NCBI GenBank assembly: GCA_964291295.2
Contig: OZ219754.1
Span: forward strand, 3,360,001 to 3,424,000
Length of the DNA stretch: 64,000 bases
Source of the DNA: an uncultured Candidatus Binatia bacterium
GTDB taxonomy: Bacteria > Desulfobacterota > Binatia > UBA9968 > JAJDTQ01
Direction: 5' to 3'
In this document: one piece after another, positions 46,644 to 56,864 of the stretch
How the letters are laid out: each line of letters starts with the position of its first letter
How positions within the stretch are numbered: position 1 is the first letter of the stretch
Made by a program: the position numbers and the translations under genes
The notes under the pieces: model-generated
What the model was told of the DNA's origin: nothing
The model's database searches: none
The model's input: the letters and a program-made list of their open reading frames with translations, nothing else

Positions 46644-49412
46644 TCAGCGGTTCGAGGGCCGCCGCGAGAGCGGCTCCACCCTTGCCGCGCAGAGCTTGTA
46701 CTCGGGAATCTTGCCGTAGGGATCCAGGGCCGGGTTGGTCAGAAGGTTGACCGCCGCCTCGGCAAAACAGAACGGAATGAAGACGCAGCCGTCGGGGACG
46801 GCGCTGTCGGCCCGCGACTTGATCTCGATGACGCCGCGGCGGGTGGAGACGCGCACCGGCTCCCCGGGAGTCACGCCCAGCCCGCGCAGTTCCTTGGGAG
46901 ACAGGCTGGCCACCGCCTCCGGCTCGAGTTCGTCCAGCACCGCCGCGCGGCGGGTGATGGCGCCCGTGTGCCAGTGCTCCAACTGGCGCCCGGTGGTCAG
47001 GATCATCGGGAATGCGTCGTCGGGCTGCTCGTCCGGCGGTATGATGTCCGCGGGCACGAGCCGGCCCCTTCCCGTATCCGTGGGAAAGCCGTCGCCGAAC
47101 ACCACCTCGGTGCCCGGCTGATCCGGGCCCGGGCACGGATAGGTCACCGAGCTGTCCCGTTGCAGCCGTTCCCAGGTTATGTGGTCCAGGGACGGCATGA
47201 TCTGCTTCATCTCGGCGAACACGTCGGCCGGCCCGGCGTAGTCCCAATCAAGGCCCATGCGGCGCGCCAGCTCCTGGATGATCCACCAGTCCTGCCGGAC
47301 TCCGGCCGGCGGCCGCAAGGCGGCCCGCCCCATCTGCACCTGGCGGTTGCTGTTGGTGACGGTGCCGGTCTTTTCCGGCCATGCCGAAGCCGGCAGCACC
47401 ACGTCCGCATGAAACGCCGTTTCGGTCAGGAAGATCTCCTGCACCACCAGGTGTTCCAGCCTGGCCAGTCCTTCCCGCGCGTGTTGGACATCGGGGTCCG
47501 ACATGGCCGGGTTCTCCCCCATGATGTAGATGCCCTTGATGCGGCCGGCGTGCACGGCGTCCATGATCTCCATCACCGTAAGCCCTTGCCGCGGGTCCAG
47601 GGCCATGTCCCAGACTTCCTCGAAACGCCGGCGCGTCTCCACCACCTCCACGGAGCGGTAGTCCGGATAGAACATCGGGATGAGGCCCGCGTCGGAGGCG
47701 CCCTGCACGTTGTTCTGGCCGCGCAACGGGTGGAGCCCGGTGCCGCGGCGGCCCACCTGGCCCGTGATCAACGCCAGGGCGATGAGGCAGCGGGCGTTGT
47801 CGGTGCCGTGGACGTGCTGGGAGATGCCCATGCCCCAGAAGATCATCGCCGCCCTGGCGCGCGCATAGAGACGCGCCACCGAACGGAGGGTGCCCGGGTC
47901 GATGCCGCAGACTTCCGACATGGCCTCGGGAGTGAACGCCGCCACGTGTCGTCTCAGCTCCTCGAAACCTTCCGTGTGGGCGGCCACGTAGTCGTGGTCG
48001 TAGAGCGCTTCGTCCACGATGACGTGGAGCAGCGCGTTGAGCAGGGCCACGTCGGTGCCCGGCGTGAACCGAAGCATCCAGTCGGCGTGCCGGTGCAGGG
48101 CATGACCCCGGGGATCCATCACGATGAGCGTCGCACCGCGCCGGGCGGCCTGCTTGAAATAGGTGGCCGCCACCGGATGGTTCTCCGTCGGATTGGCGCC
48201 GATGACGACGATGACATCCGAGTCCTCGCAGGCGGTGAAGGGCGCGGTCACCGCGGCGGAGCCGATCCCTTCCATCAGCGCCGCCACCGAGGAGGCATGG
48301 CAGAGGCGGGTGCAATGGTCCACGTTGTTGGTGCCGAAGCCCGTGCGCACGAGCTTCTGAACGAGGTAGGCCTCCTCGTTGGAGCCCTTGGCGGACCCGT
48401 AGCCCGCCAGGGCGTTGCCGCCGTCCCGGTCCCGTATCCGCCGGAATCCCGCAGCCGCGGCGTCCAATGCCTCTTCCCAGGTCGCCTCGCGGAAGTGGTC
48501 GCGGGGATCCGCCGGGTCCACGTCGGCCAAGGCATCCTTGGGCGCGTCGCGGCGTCGAATCAGCGGGACGGTGAGCCGGTGGCGGTGGCGGACGTAGTCG
48601 AAGCCGAACCGACCCTTGACGCACAGGCGGCCACGGTTGGACGGTCCGTCGCGTCCCTCCACCGCCACGATGGCGTTGTCCTTGACGCGATAGCCGATCT
48701 GGCAACCCACACCACAATAGGGGCAGACGCTGGGAACCTCGGCGAGGACCTCCCTCTTGTCCACCCCGGCCTCATCCACCAGCGCCGCGGGCATCAGGGC
48801 GCCGGTGGGACACGCCTGCACGCACTCGCCACAGGCCACGCAGGTGCTCTCGCCCATGGGATCGTCGAAGTCGAACACCACCTTGGCGTCACTGCCGCGC
48901 CCGGCCATGCCCATGACATCGTTCACCTGTACCTCGCGGCAGGCGCGCACGCACAGGGTGCAGTGAATGCAGGCGTCCAGCGCCACCCGCATGGCCGGGT
49001 GGCTGGCGTCGGCGGCGGGAGCCGGACGAGCCGGGAAGCGGCTGGCGGTCACCTCCAGCCGCTCGGCCCACTGCCACAGGCGGGACCGTGCATCGTGGGC
49101 CGCCTCGCGTCCGGGCTGGTCCGTCACCAAAAGCTCCAGCACCATCCGGCGCGCCCTCCGGGCGCGTTCGCTGTCCGTGCGCACCATCATGCCGGCGGTG
49201 GGGCGCCGGATGCACGAAGCCGCCAACACCCGCTCCCCTTCCACTTCCACCATGCACGCCCGGCAGTTTCCGTCGGGCCTGTAGCCGGACCGCGGGTCGT
49301 GGCACAGGTGCGGCAGCCGGGTGCCGTTCCGTTCCGCCACCTGCCAGAGGGTCTCGCCGCCGGCCGCCTCCACTTCCCGGTCGTCGAGAGTGAACCGCAC
49401 ACGCCCGCTCAC
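46644..49412 (-). CDS. fdhF: Formate dehydrogenase alpha subunit (FdhF/FdsA-type) with N-terminal Fe-S domains
   Basis: GNCRAC 2Fe-2S, CIHCTLCVRAC, CPYCGVGC, LCVKGRFG, RLCHASS (Cys ligand), RGQNNVQG; GTGA overlap with the upstream gene. Confidence 0.92.
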   Translation of the reverse strand: MSGRVRFTLDDREVEAAGGETLWQVAERNGTRLPHLCHDPRSGYRPDGNCRACMVEVEGERVLAASCIRRPTAGMMVRTDSERARRARRMVLELLVTDQPGREAAHDARSRLWQWAERLEVTASRFPARPAPAADASHPAMRVALDACIHCTLCVRACREVQVNDVMGMAGRGSDAKVVFDFDDPMGESTCVACGECVQACPTGALMPAALVDEAGVDKREVLAEVPSVCPYCGVGCQIGYRVKDNAIVAVEGRDGPSNRGRLCVKGRFGFDYVRHRHRLTVPLIRRRDAPKDALADVDPADPRDHFREATWEEALDAAAAGFRRIRDRDGGNALAGYGSAKGSNEEAYLVQKLVRTGFGTNNVDHCTRLCHASSVAALMEGIGSAAVTAPFTACEDSDVIVVIGANPTENHPVAATYFKQAARRGATLIVMDPRGHALHRHADWMLRFTPGTDVALLNALLHVIVDEALYDHDYVAAHTEGFEELRRHVAAFTPEAMSEVCGIDPGTLRSVARLYARARAAMIFWGMGISQHVHGTDNARCLIALALITGQVGRRGTGLHPLRGQNNVQGASDAGLIPMFYPDYRSVEVVETRRRFEEVWDMALDPRQGLTVMEIMDAVHAGRIKGIYIMGENPAMSDPDVQHAREGLARLEHLVVQEIFLTETAFHADVVLPASAWPEKTGTVTNSNRQVQMGRAALRPPAGVRQDWWIIQELARRMGLDWDYAGPADVFAEMKQIMPSLDHITWERLQRDSSVTYPCPGPDQPGTEVVFGDGFPTDTGRGRLVPADIIPPDEQPDDAFPMILTTGRQLEHWHTGAITRRAAVLDELEPEAVASLSPKELRGLGVTPGEPVRVSTRRGVIEIKSRADSAVPDGCVFIPFCFAEAAVNLLTNPALDPYGKIPEYKLCAARVEPLSRRPSNR

Positions 49413-51112
49413 GACAGCTCCTCCCGGAAGTAGCGGAATGCGCAACGCACCGAGTTGGGAGCGGCCTGGCCGAGGCCGCAGATGGATGCGTCCGCCATCA
49501 CCTCGCCCAGCGCCTCCAGCAACGGCTCATCCCACGAAGGCCGTTCCAGGAGCGCCACCGCCTTCTCCGTGCCGGTACGGCACGGGGTGCACTGCCCGCA
49601 GCTCTCGTGTCGGAAGAACCGCATCAGATTGCGCACCACGGCCCGGACGTCGTCCTGGTCGCTCAACACCACCACGCCGTGGGAACCCACGAAACAGCCG
49701 TGCGGCTCCAGAGAGCCGAACCGGAGCGGAAGGTCGGCCATGGAGGCGGGCAGCATCCCGCCCGAGGCGCCGCCGGGAAGGTAGCCCTTCAAGCGGTGGC
49801 CGGGCCGCATGCCGCCGCAGTACGCCTCCACCAGGTCACGCAGCGTGATCCCGGCGGGAGCAATCTTCACGCCCGGTTGTGCCACCCGGCCCGATACCGA
49901 CCAGGCATGCAGGCCGACGCCGCCGTTGCGGCCCTGGGCCGCGAACCATTCCGGTCCCCGCTCGACGATATCCCGGATCCAGTAAAGGGTCTCGACGTTC
50001 TGCACCAGGGTGGGGCGCCCGAACAGGCCGGTCTCGGCGACATAGGGCGGCCGGTGCCGCGGCAGCCCGCGCTTGCCCTCGATGCTCTCGATCATGGCCG
50101 ACTCTTCGCCGCAGATATAGGCTCCGGCGCCCCGGCGCAGATGGAACGCCACGTGGGCGTCGAGTCCCGCTTGCCGCAGCCGGGGCCACTCCCGCGACAG
50201 GATCTCCCGAATCTCGGCGTACTCGTCCCGCAGATAGATGTAGACGGCTTCCGCTTCCACCGTCCAGGCCGCCACCAGCGCGCCTTCCAGGAACCGGTGC
50301 GGATCGCTCTCCATGAAATAGCGGTCCTTGAAGGTGCCCGGCTCGCCCTCGTCCGCGTTCACGGTCATGAGCCTGGGGCCGGGATGGCCGCGCACGGTCT
50401 GCCACTTGCGGCCGGTGGGGAAGCCGGCGCCACCCAAGCCGCGCAGGCCCGACGCCACGACCTTGTCCAGCACCTCCTCCCGCGTGCGTCCGTCTCCGAG
50501 ACACGCCTTCAGCAACGCATAACCACCCTCCGCCGCGTACGCGTCATAGTCCTTGTACGGCGGCGGCGCCGCCTCGGTCTGCCGCCGCCGGACCGCCGCC
50601 GCCACCCGGTCCGCGGTGGCTTCGAACAGCGTGTGCCGCTCCACCCGGGCCACCGGGGCGCGGTCGCAACCGCCCATGCACGGCCCCGGCGTCACCCGGA
50701 CGCCCTTCCCCAGCGCACCGGGAAGCTCCGCCAGCAGCCCGGGCGCCCCCATCATCTCGCACACGAGCCCGTCGCACACCCTCACGGTCATGTCGGGCAC
50801 CGGCGCCGCCGCCTCCCGGGCGACCTCGAAGTGGGCATAGAAAGTCGCCACCTCGTAGACCTCCGCCAGGGCCAGGCGCATCTCCTCCGCCAACGCCGCC
50901 AGGTGAGCCGCGGTCAACACATGGTAGCGGTCCTGGAGAAGGTGAAGGTGCTCGATCAGGAGGTCACGGCGCCGCGGCCGATCCCCCAGCAAGGCCCGCA
51001 CCTGCTCCAACGCCTCGGGTTCGACCTGGCGCCCTCTCGGGCGGTTGCGCCCGCGGCCGCGCCCGGAGCCGGGATGCCGGCGCCGCGGTGTCGTCGACTG
51101 CGGGTCCGCCAT
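49409..51112 (-). CDS. NuoE/NuoF-like fused NAD-linked FDH beta subunit
   Basis: EVATFY..F, GLRGLGGAGFPTG, NADEGEPGTFKD, GAGAYICGEE, ESCGQCTPC, ICGLG. Confidence 0.92.
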   Translation of the reverse strand: MADPQSTTPRRRHPGSGRGRGRNRPRGRQVEPEALEQVRALLGDRPRRRDLLIEHLHLLQDRYHVLTAAHLAALAEEMRLALAEVYEVATFYAHFEVAREAAAPVPDMTVRVCDGLVCEMMGAPGLLAELPGALGKGVRVTPGPCMGGCDRAPVARVERHTLFEATADRVAAAVRRRQTEAAPPPYKDYDAYAAEGGYALLKACLGDGRTREEVLDKVVASGLRGLGGAGFPTGRKWQTVRGHPGPRLMTVNADEGEPGTFKDRYFMESDPHRFLEGALVAAWTVEAEAVYIYLRDEYAEIREILSREWPRLRQAGLDAHVAFHLRRGAGAYICGEESAMIESIEGKRGLPRHRPPYVAETGLFGRPTLVQNVETLYWIRDIVERGPEWFAAQGRNGGVGLHAWSVSGRVAQPGVKIAPAGITLRDLVEAYCGGMRPGHRLKGYLPGGASGGMLPASMADLPLRFGSLEPHGCFVGSHGVVVLSDQDDVRAVVRNLMRFFRHESCGQCTPCRTGTEKAVALLERPSWDEPLLEALGEVMADASICGLGQAAPNSVRCAFRYFREELS

Positions 51113-51116
51113 CGCC

Positions 51117-52925
51117 TTACGCCTCTCCATGGCCGGCGGGCAGACCCAGCTCCCTGAGCCGCGCCTCGGGGATGTGCCCGCGCACGTCCCACCGCCGGGT
51201 TTCGTAGTAGTCCCGAATCATCTCCCGGAGCTCCGAGCCGGTGAGGCGCGTCCCCCGGGCCACGCCCGTGGCCAGGGACTCCGTGAGCAGCCGGGGCGGC
51301 AGGCCGTCGTCCTCCGGACGCCAGCCTTCGCGCTGGTTGAACCAGCGTTTGAGCGTATGGATGCGCTCTGCGGTACGCCGCAGCTCGTCCGCGGTGTAGT
51401 CCCAGCCCGTGACCTTCGCCAGCAGGTCTGCCGCTTCGGCGTAGAAGTCGTCGAAGCAGCGCCGCAGGAACTTGCACACGATGAGGGAATCCTGCGCGGC
51501 GGCCAGATCTTCCGAAGCCGCCACCAGCGCGCCGCGGCCCGGACCGGACCTCAGCCGGTCCACCTGACCGGAAAAGTCCGCCTCGTAGGCGCCCGAGCGA
51601 TTGTGGCAGGCGCCTCGGGGGCTCACCGCCAGACCCAGCGCCAGGGTCTTGAGGCTGCGGGGCTCGTATCCGGGCAGCTCCAGCCCCTTGACCTGCATGG
51701 CCCAGTCCAGGGAACCGTGGCCCAGCGCCAGCGCCGCCCGCCGGGATCCTTCGGCCAGAAGGTCGCCCACGCCCTGGCGCTCCGCAATGGCCGGTATCGC
51801 CGCCAACACCGCCTCCGTCGCACCGAAGCGCAGGTCGCCGGCCTCCGGCAGAAGGCCCCGCTCCACGCACTCCATGGCCCAGGCCAGGGTGCCGCCGGTG
51901 CTGATGCTGTCAAGCCCGTACGCGTCGCAAAGGCGTGCCGCTTCCAGCACCGCCTCCGGCTCCTCAAGGCCGCACAGCGGCCCCAGGGCGAACAGCGTCT
52001 CGTACTCCATGCGCTGCTCGGTGCCGGACAACGACTTGAAAAGCCGTTCGCAACGGATCGTGCAGGAGGCGCAGCCGTGCCGGCGGCTGAAGCTGTTCTC
52101 CATCAGGCTCTCGCCGCTGAGCGCTTCGGCGCCCTCGAAGGTCGGCTGCCGGAAGTTGCGCGTGGGCAGCGCGCCGAGCCGGTCGAAAACGGCCAGATTG
52201 GCCACGGTGCCGATCTCCCGATACTTGGCGGTATGCTCCCCCAGGCTCCGCTTCCGCAGGTCGGCGGCCGCGGCCGCCACTCCTCGGGGATCCGCCACCG
52301 TCACCCGGGCGTTGCCCGACAATGCCACGGCCTTGAGGTTCTTGGACCCCATGACCGCTCCCACGCCGCCCCGGCCCGCATGCCGGCCCTCGTTGCTGAT
52401 GGTGGCGAAACGCACGCCGTTCTCGCCGGCGACGCCGACCGCGGCCACCCGCGCCGCGTCGTTGCCGGCCTCCGCACAGACCGCGGTCTCGGTGTCGGCG
52501 GCGCTTCGTCCCCGGAGATGGCGCGCGTCCCGCAACTCCACGGCGCCGTTGCCGATGAACAGCCAGGACGGGCTCCGGGCCCTGCCCGTGATGACCAGCG
52601 CGTCCACGCCCACGGCCTTGAGCTCCAGCGCGAAGTGGCTGGAGGACAGCGAATCGGCAATGAAGCCGGTGAGGGGCGACTTGGTCACCACCGCGTACTT
52701 GGCGGTGGTGGTGAGTCCGGTTCCCGCCAACGGCGCGCTGGTGAAGATCAGCGGATTTTCCGGCGCCAGGGGCTCCACGCCGGGAAGCGCCAGGTCGTAA
52801 AGCAGGCTCGTGCCGAGACCGATGCCGCCGAGAAAGGCCCGAAGGCGGTGCTCTCCGGTCTCCCGCCAGCGGTGGCGGCCGGTATCCAGGTCCACGTGCA
52901 GCCACCTGTCGTGAAACCCGTGCAC
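51117..52925 (-). CDS. Aldehyde:ferredoxin oxidoreductase (AOR family, usually tungsten)
   Basis: GGAGG RBS before GTG 52925; KSPLTG, GRGGVGAVMGSKNLKA, CASCTIRC, EYET, GLDSIS, RGACH. Confidence 0.92.
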   Translation of the reverse strand: MHGFHDRWLHVDLDTGRHRWRETGEHRLRAFLGGIGLGTSLLYDLALPGVEPLAPENPLIFTSAPLAGTGLTTTAKYAVVTKSPLTGFIADSLSSSHFALELKAVGVDALVITGRARSPSWLFIGNGAVELRDARHLRGRSAADTETAVCAEAGNDAARVAAVGVAGENGVRFATISNEGRHAGRGGVGAVMGSKNLKAVALSGNARVTVADPRGVAAAAADLRKRSLGEHTAKYREIGTVANLAVFDRLGALPTRNFRQPTFEGAEALSGESLMENSFSRRHGCASCTIRCERLFKSLSGTEQRMEYETLFALGPLCGLEEPEAVLEAARLCDAYGLDSISTGGTLAWAMECVERGLLPEAGDLRFGATEAVLAAIPAIAERQGVGDLLAEGSRRAALALGHGSLDWAMQVKGLELPGYEPRSLKTLALGLAVSPRGACHNRSGAYEADFSGQVDRLRSGPGRGALVAASEDLAAAQDSLIVCKFLRRCFDDFYAEAADLLAKVTGWDYTADELRRTAERIHTLKRWFNQREGWRPEDDGLPPRLLTESLATGVARGTRLTGSELREMIRDYYETRRWDVRGHIPEARLRELGLPAGHGEA

Positions 52926-52926
52926 A

Positions 52927-53820
52927 TCATCCTCCGGCATCGCTGGACATGATGAGAAGCCGATCTCCGGGTTTCACCGGCCGGCTGGTATCCCGCACGA
53001 AGTCGCGCCCGTTGAGGTTGCAGACGTTGCCTTGGGTGAGGCTGTCCCCGCCTGCGGTGATGACCGGACCCACCAGCGCCGGAAGCTTGAGAGCCAGCGC
53101 CGACAGTACCCGCGCCAGCGTCGCCGGTGCCGGCAACTCCAGCGAGACACGGGCCGTCCTGGCCCTCATCCGGGCCACGCCGAAGAGCTCCACCACACAG
53201 CGCGTCCCCTGGGGCGCCTCCCGCCAGCGGACCAGGGCGGCCTCGTAGTCCTCCGGGGTGTTCATGTTGAAGAAGCTCGACCCGTCCGGATCGCAGGTGC
53301 GCACCTCGTCCTCCTCCACCCTCAGGGTGCGGACCCGGTCGTACAGAAAGACCGGCCGCAATTCGCCGCGCTCGAGCTGTCCCTCCAGCAACGGCAGCAC
53401 CGAGCGCCGGTACACCGCGTGCAGCGGCTGGAAGCGCCCCTCCCAGCGCGGCACCACCACGTCGTGCTCCGGAAGCCGGGAAACCAGATGAGAGACCAGC
53501 GGAAGGCTGAGAAACGGCACGTCGCAGGAGGTGACGAAGGCCGCCCCGCTGTCGCATGCTCCGAGCCCGTACACGATGCCGCCCACCGGACCCTGATGGG
53601 CCACCGTGTCGCGCACCAGCGTGCCGGGCAACTCCGGCAGATCCTGTCCGGGCGCGGCCACCACCACGATGTGCGGAAACAGCAACTCCAGCTTCCGGAC
53701 CACCTGCACGATCAGCGGGTCTCCCCCGAAGGGAAGCATGGCCTTGGCCCGGCCCATGCGGCTGCTCTTGCCGCCGGCCAGAATGATGGCCGAGTCGGCC
53801 TTGTCCGATGCGACGGTCAT
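52927..53820 (-). CDS. mobA: MobA (Mo cofactor guanylyltransferase) fused to a C-terminal MoaD/ThiS ubiquitin-like domain
   Basis: ILAGGKSSRMG, GPVGGI, SCDVPF, PLHAVY, FFNMNTPED; then VELFGVAR...LNGRDF...VKPGDRLLIMSSDAGG-stop. Confidence 0.88.
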   Translation of the reverse strand: MTVASDKADSAIILAGGKSSRMGRAKAMLPFGGDPLIVQVVRKLELLFPHIVVVAAPGQDLPELPGTLVRDTVAHQGPVGGIVYGLGACDSGAAFVTSCDVPFLSLPLVSHLVSRLPEHDVVVPRWEGRFQPLHAVYRRSVLPLLEGQLERGELRPVFLYDRVRTLRVEEDEVRTCDPDGSSFFNMNTPEDYEAALVRWREAPQGTRCVVELFGVARMRARTARVSLELPAPATLARVLSALALKLPALVGPVITAGGDSLTQGNVCNLNGRDFVRDTSRPVKPGDRLLIMSSDAGG

Positions 53821-53934
53821 GCGTCAACCCGCCCGAAAGTCCGGCGGCGGCTCCACACGCCGCAGCCCTTGCCTGAAATGATCCCACAGCGGTTGCATCG
53901 ACACAACGCCTTCCGCATGCGAAGCCGATGAAGC

Positions 53935-54333
53935 TCAGCCGGCCCGAGCCTGGTTGAGGCCGGCTCCGGCAAGGTAGCCGAGCCAGACGGCAATCAGGCA
54001 GACCGCCACCGAAAGAACGATGTTACCCAGCGCGTGCAGCACCTGACCCTCGCGCAGAAGCTGGAGTGTCTGCAGGCTGAAAGCCGAGAAGGTCGTGTAG
54101 CCGCCGCAGAAACCGACCATGATGAAAGCCCGCGCCTCGGGTCCGGGCGCCCACGGAGGGCCCAAGGGTCCGCTCAACGGTGCCACCATGCCGATGATGA
54201 ACGAGCCCGCCACATTCACGAGCAGCGTGCCCCAAGGGAAGGCGGCGCCAAGATGCTCCGAAACCAGGCCGGTGCACCAATAACGTCCAACCCCGCCGAG
54301 GGCACTGCCGAGCGCAATCCACAGCCAGATCAT
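53935..54333 (-). CDS. crcB: Fluoride channel Fluc/CrcB
   Basis: GSALGGVGRY, FPWGTLLVNVAGS, GFCGGYTTFSAF. Confidence 0.93.
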   Translation of the reverse strand: MIWLWIALGSALGGVGRYWCTGLVSEHLGAAFPWGTLLVNVAGSFIIGMVAPLSGPLGPPWAPGPEARAFIMVGFCGGYTTFSAFSLQTLQLLREGQVLHALGNIVLSVAVCLIAVWLGYLAGAGLNQARAG

Positions 54334-54592
54334 TTCCGCGTTGGCTCCGCCAGGCAACAGGATGCCGCTGGTCTGGCGGGAACGGCCCGGTGCCCCGGTG
54401 AATCACGTGAATCACTTGCCGGGCCGCCCGCCATCCGCCGGGGGTACGACTGCGAACCGATAACGGCAAGTCGTCTCACGGGAGCCGGGGGATGCGATCG
54501 TCGACACGTCCGCAGAAGGCTGGAACACGCCCCGGCATCTCACTGCGCACCCGCGGCGGCGGGCCGGGACGTGCGCGAGTCCGCGATCCGGG

Positions 54593-54868
54593 TCAGTGTC
54601 CGATCGCCCAGGGGCGGCGTGCGCGCAGGCGGGCCGGGGCATGCCCGGATGGCTTTCCGGACACCACCTTGGGTTCATGCGCGCTTTTCTCGTTCCGCTG
54701 ATGCGCGATCCGGTTGCTCGGGTCCATGTCGGCGATGAACGGCGCGGTGAAGATGCGCCGGGCCGCGTTCCCGCAAGTCGTGCAGGGCACCGGATCCGAC
54801 GATCGGCTCATGCTGCGCCATTCGGTAAACGGGCCGCACGCATCGCAGCCATAGTCATATAATGGCAT
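54593..54868 (-). CDS. fmdB: FmdB zinc-ribbon protein of the formamidase operon
   Basis: MPLYDYGCDACGPF, CTTCG, AHQRNEKSAHEP, RPWAIGH. Confidence 0.88.
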   Translation of the reverse strand: MPLYDYGCDACGPFTEWRSMSRSSDPVPCTTCGNAARRIFTAPFIADMDPSNRIAHQRNEKSAHEPKVVSGKPSGHAPARLRARRPWAIGH

Positions 54869-54948
54869 GGCACTGTCCTTTCCCCACCATCACGACAGCG
54901 TGGCGGGATGCCGTCCGCCCCAAGGGAGAGGCGGACGGCATCCGCGGT

Positions 54949-55464
54949 TCATGCCAGAACGCCTTCCAGCAGCAGATAACCCGGAAGCCAGCCGGTAAGG
55001 ATACCCTGGATCGTGGTGACCGCACCGGTCACCTTCGCGATCGGCTTCTGCATCGCGAGCAGCAGGAAGAACATGAACCACAATACGGCCCATGCCGCCC
55101 AGCACAGCCCGAACCAGTATCCCCACAGCGTGGTGGCGTTGATCAGCGTGTCCAGCGCCACCGGCACGACCGTGATGGCAACGAACAGGCTGTACCAGCC
55201 CAGACCACGGCCGTCGACATCGTTGAATCGATTGTAGGCCACCCACAGGTAGGTGAAGGTGAAAAGAAGCGTCAGCGCCGCGCCCTTGATCGACGCCGCA
55301 TCCGCACCCGGCCCGAAGGCCATGAACGCCGCCACCAGCGCCGTGAGACCACCGACAAAGAAATTGATGATGGCGATCTCCCGATCGGCGATGCGGCCCA
55401 TGAGCCAGATGCCGTTCAGGAAGAGAACGGACCCGACATACAACAGTGCAAGTCCCAGGAGCAT
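54949..55464 (-). CDS. AmiS/UreI family amide/urea channel
   Basis: LLYVGSVLFLNG, LLFTFTYLWVA, GLGWYSLFVA, WAAWAVLW. Confidence 0.92.
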   Translation of the reverse strand: MLLGLALLYVGSVLFLNGIWLMGRIADREIAIINFFVGGLTALVAAFMAFGPGADAASIKGAALTLLFTFTYLWVAYNRFNDVDGRGLGWYSLFVAITVVPVALDTLINATTLWGYWFGLCWAAWAVLWFMFFLLLAMQKPIAKVTGAVTTIQGILTGWLPGYLLLEGVLA

Positions 55465-55625
55465 GGTTCAAGCCCTCCGTGTGTCGCACGTTGTCAGTTT
55501 GGCTGGTACGGGAACGCCCGCTCAACGGGGTGAGCCGGGAGCGGGCGCTCGCCGTCCGTCACCCAGGCAGCGCGATGGCGAGGCGGAGACGAGGCGAATG
55601 GCGCCCCTTCTCCGCCATGCATCCA

Positions 55626-56864
55626 TCAGCTGCAGGATGCCGCGTCCACACCGCTGACCTGAAGCGTCGGTCCGGAAGCGCTCGGCCGGATATCGAAATC
55701 GAAGATTTCGGTTGGAACCGCGACCGTACAACAGGCGTTGGGGATATCGACGATGCCGCTTACCCGACCCTCTACCGGAGCCGTCCCCAGTATCATGTAG
55801 GCCTGCTCGCCCGAATAGCCGAACTTCTTGAGGTATTCGACCGCGTTCAGGCAGGCGCGCCGGTATGCCACCGTCGCATCCAGGTACTTCTGGGATCCGT
55901 CATGCTCGTCCACGCAGACCCCTTCGAAGATCAGGTACTCGGAATAATGCGGCTCGACCGGGCTCGGCTTGAATACCGGATTGGTGATCCCGTACTTCTC
56001 GATGCCGCCCTTGATGACATTCACGCCGATGTCGATCCACCCGGCCATCTCGATGGCGCCACAGAAGGTGATTTCACCGTCCCCCTGCGACCAGTGGATG
56101 TCGCCCATCGACAGCCCGCCGCCGGGCCTGTAGACCGGGAAGTAGCAAGTAGAGCCACGCGACAGGTTCTTGATGTCGCAGTTGCCCCCGTGCTCCCGCC
56201 CCGGAACCGTCCGCGCACCCTCCTGACCCGCGGCCTGGGCGGCCGCGCCGGTCATCTGCCCCATGAGCGCCGTGGTCGTGCCGGCGAGTCCGTCCGGCAG
56301 CGTGCACAGCGGCGGCACGCGATCCGGATCGGTTCTGAACAGAGCCGATTCCCTGTCGTTCCACCGCTTCAGCAGATCCGCCGAAGGCAGGGTGCCGATG
56401 AGCCCCGGATGGATGAGCCCGGGGAAGCGCACGCCGGGAATATGGCGAGAGGAGGTGTAGATGCCGTGGAAGTCCCAGCAGGCCTTGCGCGCCTCGGGAA
56501 AATGCTTGTCGAGGAAACCGCCGCCGTTTTCCAGCGCGAAGATCCCGGTGAAGCCCCACTGTGAGTCTTCAAGCCAGCCGATGTCGTTGATGTCCACCAC
56601 TAGAAGGTCGCCGGGCTCGGCCCCTTCGACGCCGAACGGACCGCTCAGGTAATGAACTTTCGAAAGGTCGACATCACGGATGTCGTTGGCTGAATTGTCG
56701 TTGTGAATCTGGCCCCCGGTCCAATCGTAGCATTCGACACGAAACTCGTCGCCGGGCTTGAACTGTTCGACTATCGGGATGTCAGGATGCCACCGATTAT
56801 GGGTCTTGACGGCTTGGTCCTCGGGCCACTTGTCCATTTCCGCCCGAAAAACGGTTCTTGCCAT
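55626..56864 (-). CDS. fmdA: Formamidase (acetamidase/formamidase FmdA family)
   Basis: HNRWHPDIP, DWTGGQI, HYLSGP, HPGLIG, REHGGNCDIKNL, SQGDGEI.FCGAIE, VDIPNAC. Confidence 0.93.
   Translation of the reverse strand: MARTVFRAEMDKWPEDQAVKTHNRWHPDIPIVEQFKPGDEFRVECYDWTGGQIHNDNSANDIRDVDLSKVHYLSGPFGVEGAEPGDLLVVDINDIGWLEDSQWGFTGIFALENGGGFLDKHFPEARKACWDFHGIYTSSRHIPGVRFPGLIHPGLIGTLPSADLLKRWNDRESALFRTDPDRVPPLCTLPDGLAGTTTALMGQMTGAAAQAAGQEGARTVPGREHGGNCDIKNLSRGSTCYFPVYRPGGGLSMGDIHWSQGDGEITFCGAIEMAGWIDIGVNVIKGGIEKYGITNPVFKPSPVEPHYSEYLIFEGVCVDEHDGSQKYLDATVAYRRACLNAVEYLKKFGYSGEQAYMILGTAPVEGRVSGIVDIPNACCTVAVPTEIFDFDIRPSASGPTLQVSGVDAASCS

Noticed and set aside
48290-48320. Selenocysteine at the FDH active site
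   Set aside because: The frame reads RLCHASS with a Cys codon and has no in-frame TGA.
53821-53934. Moco/Wco riboswitch upstream of mobA
   Set aside because: Short region with no recognisable consensus elements.
54334-54590. Fluoride riboswitch upstream of crcB
   Set aside because: No GATGGnGTTC...CTAATGAC-like consensus found on the minus strand by eye; an Rfam scan would be needed to exclude it fully.
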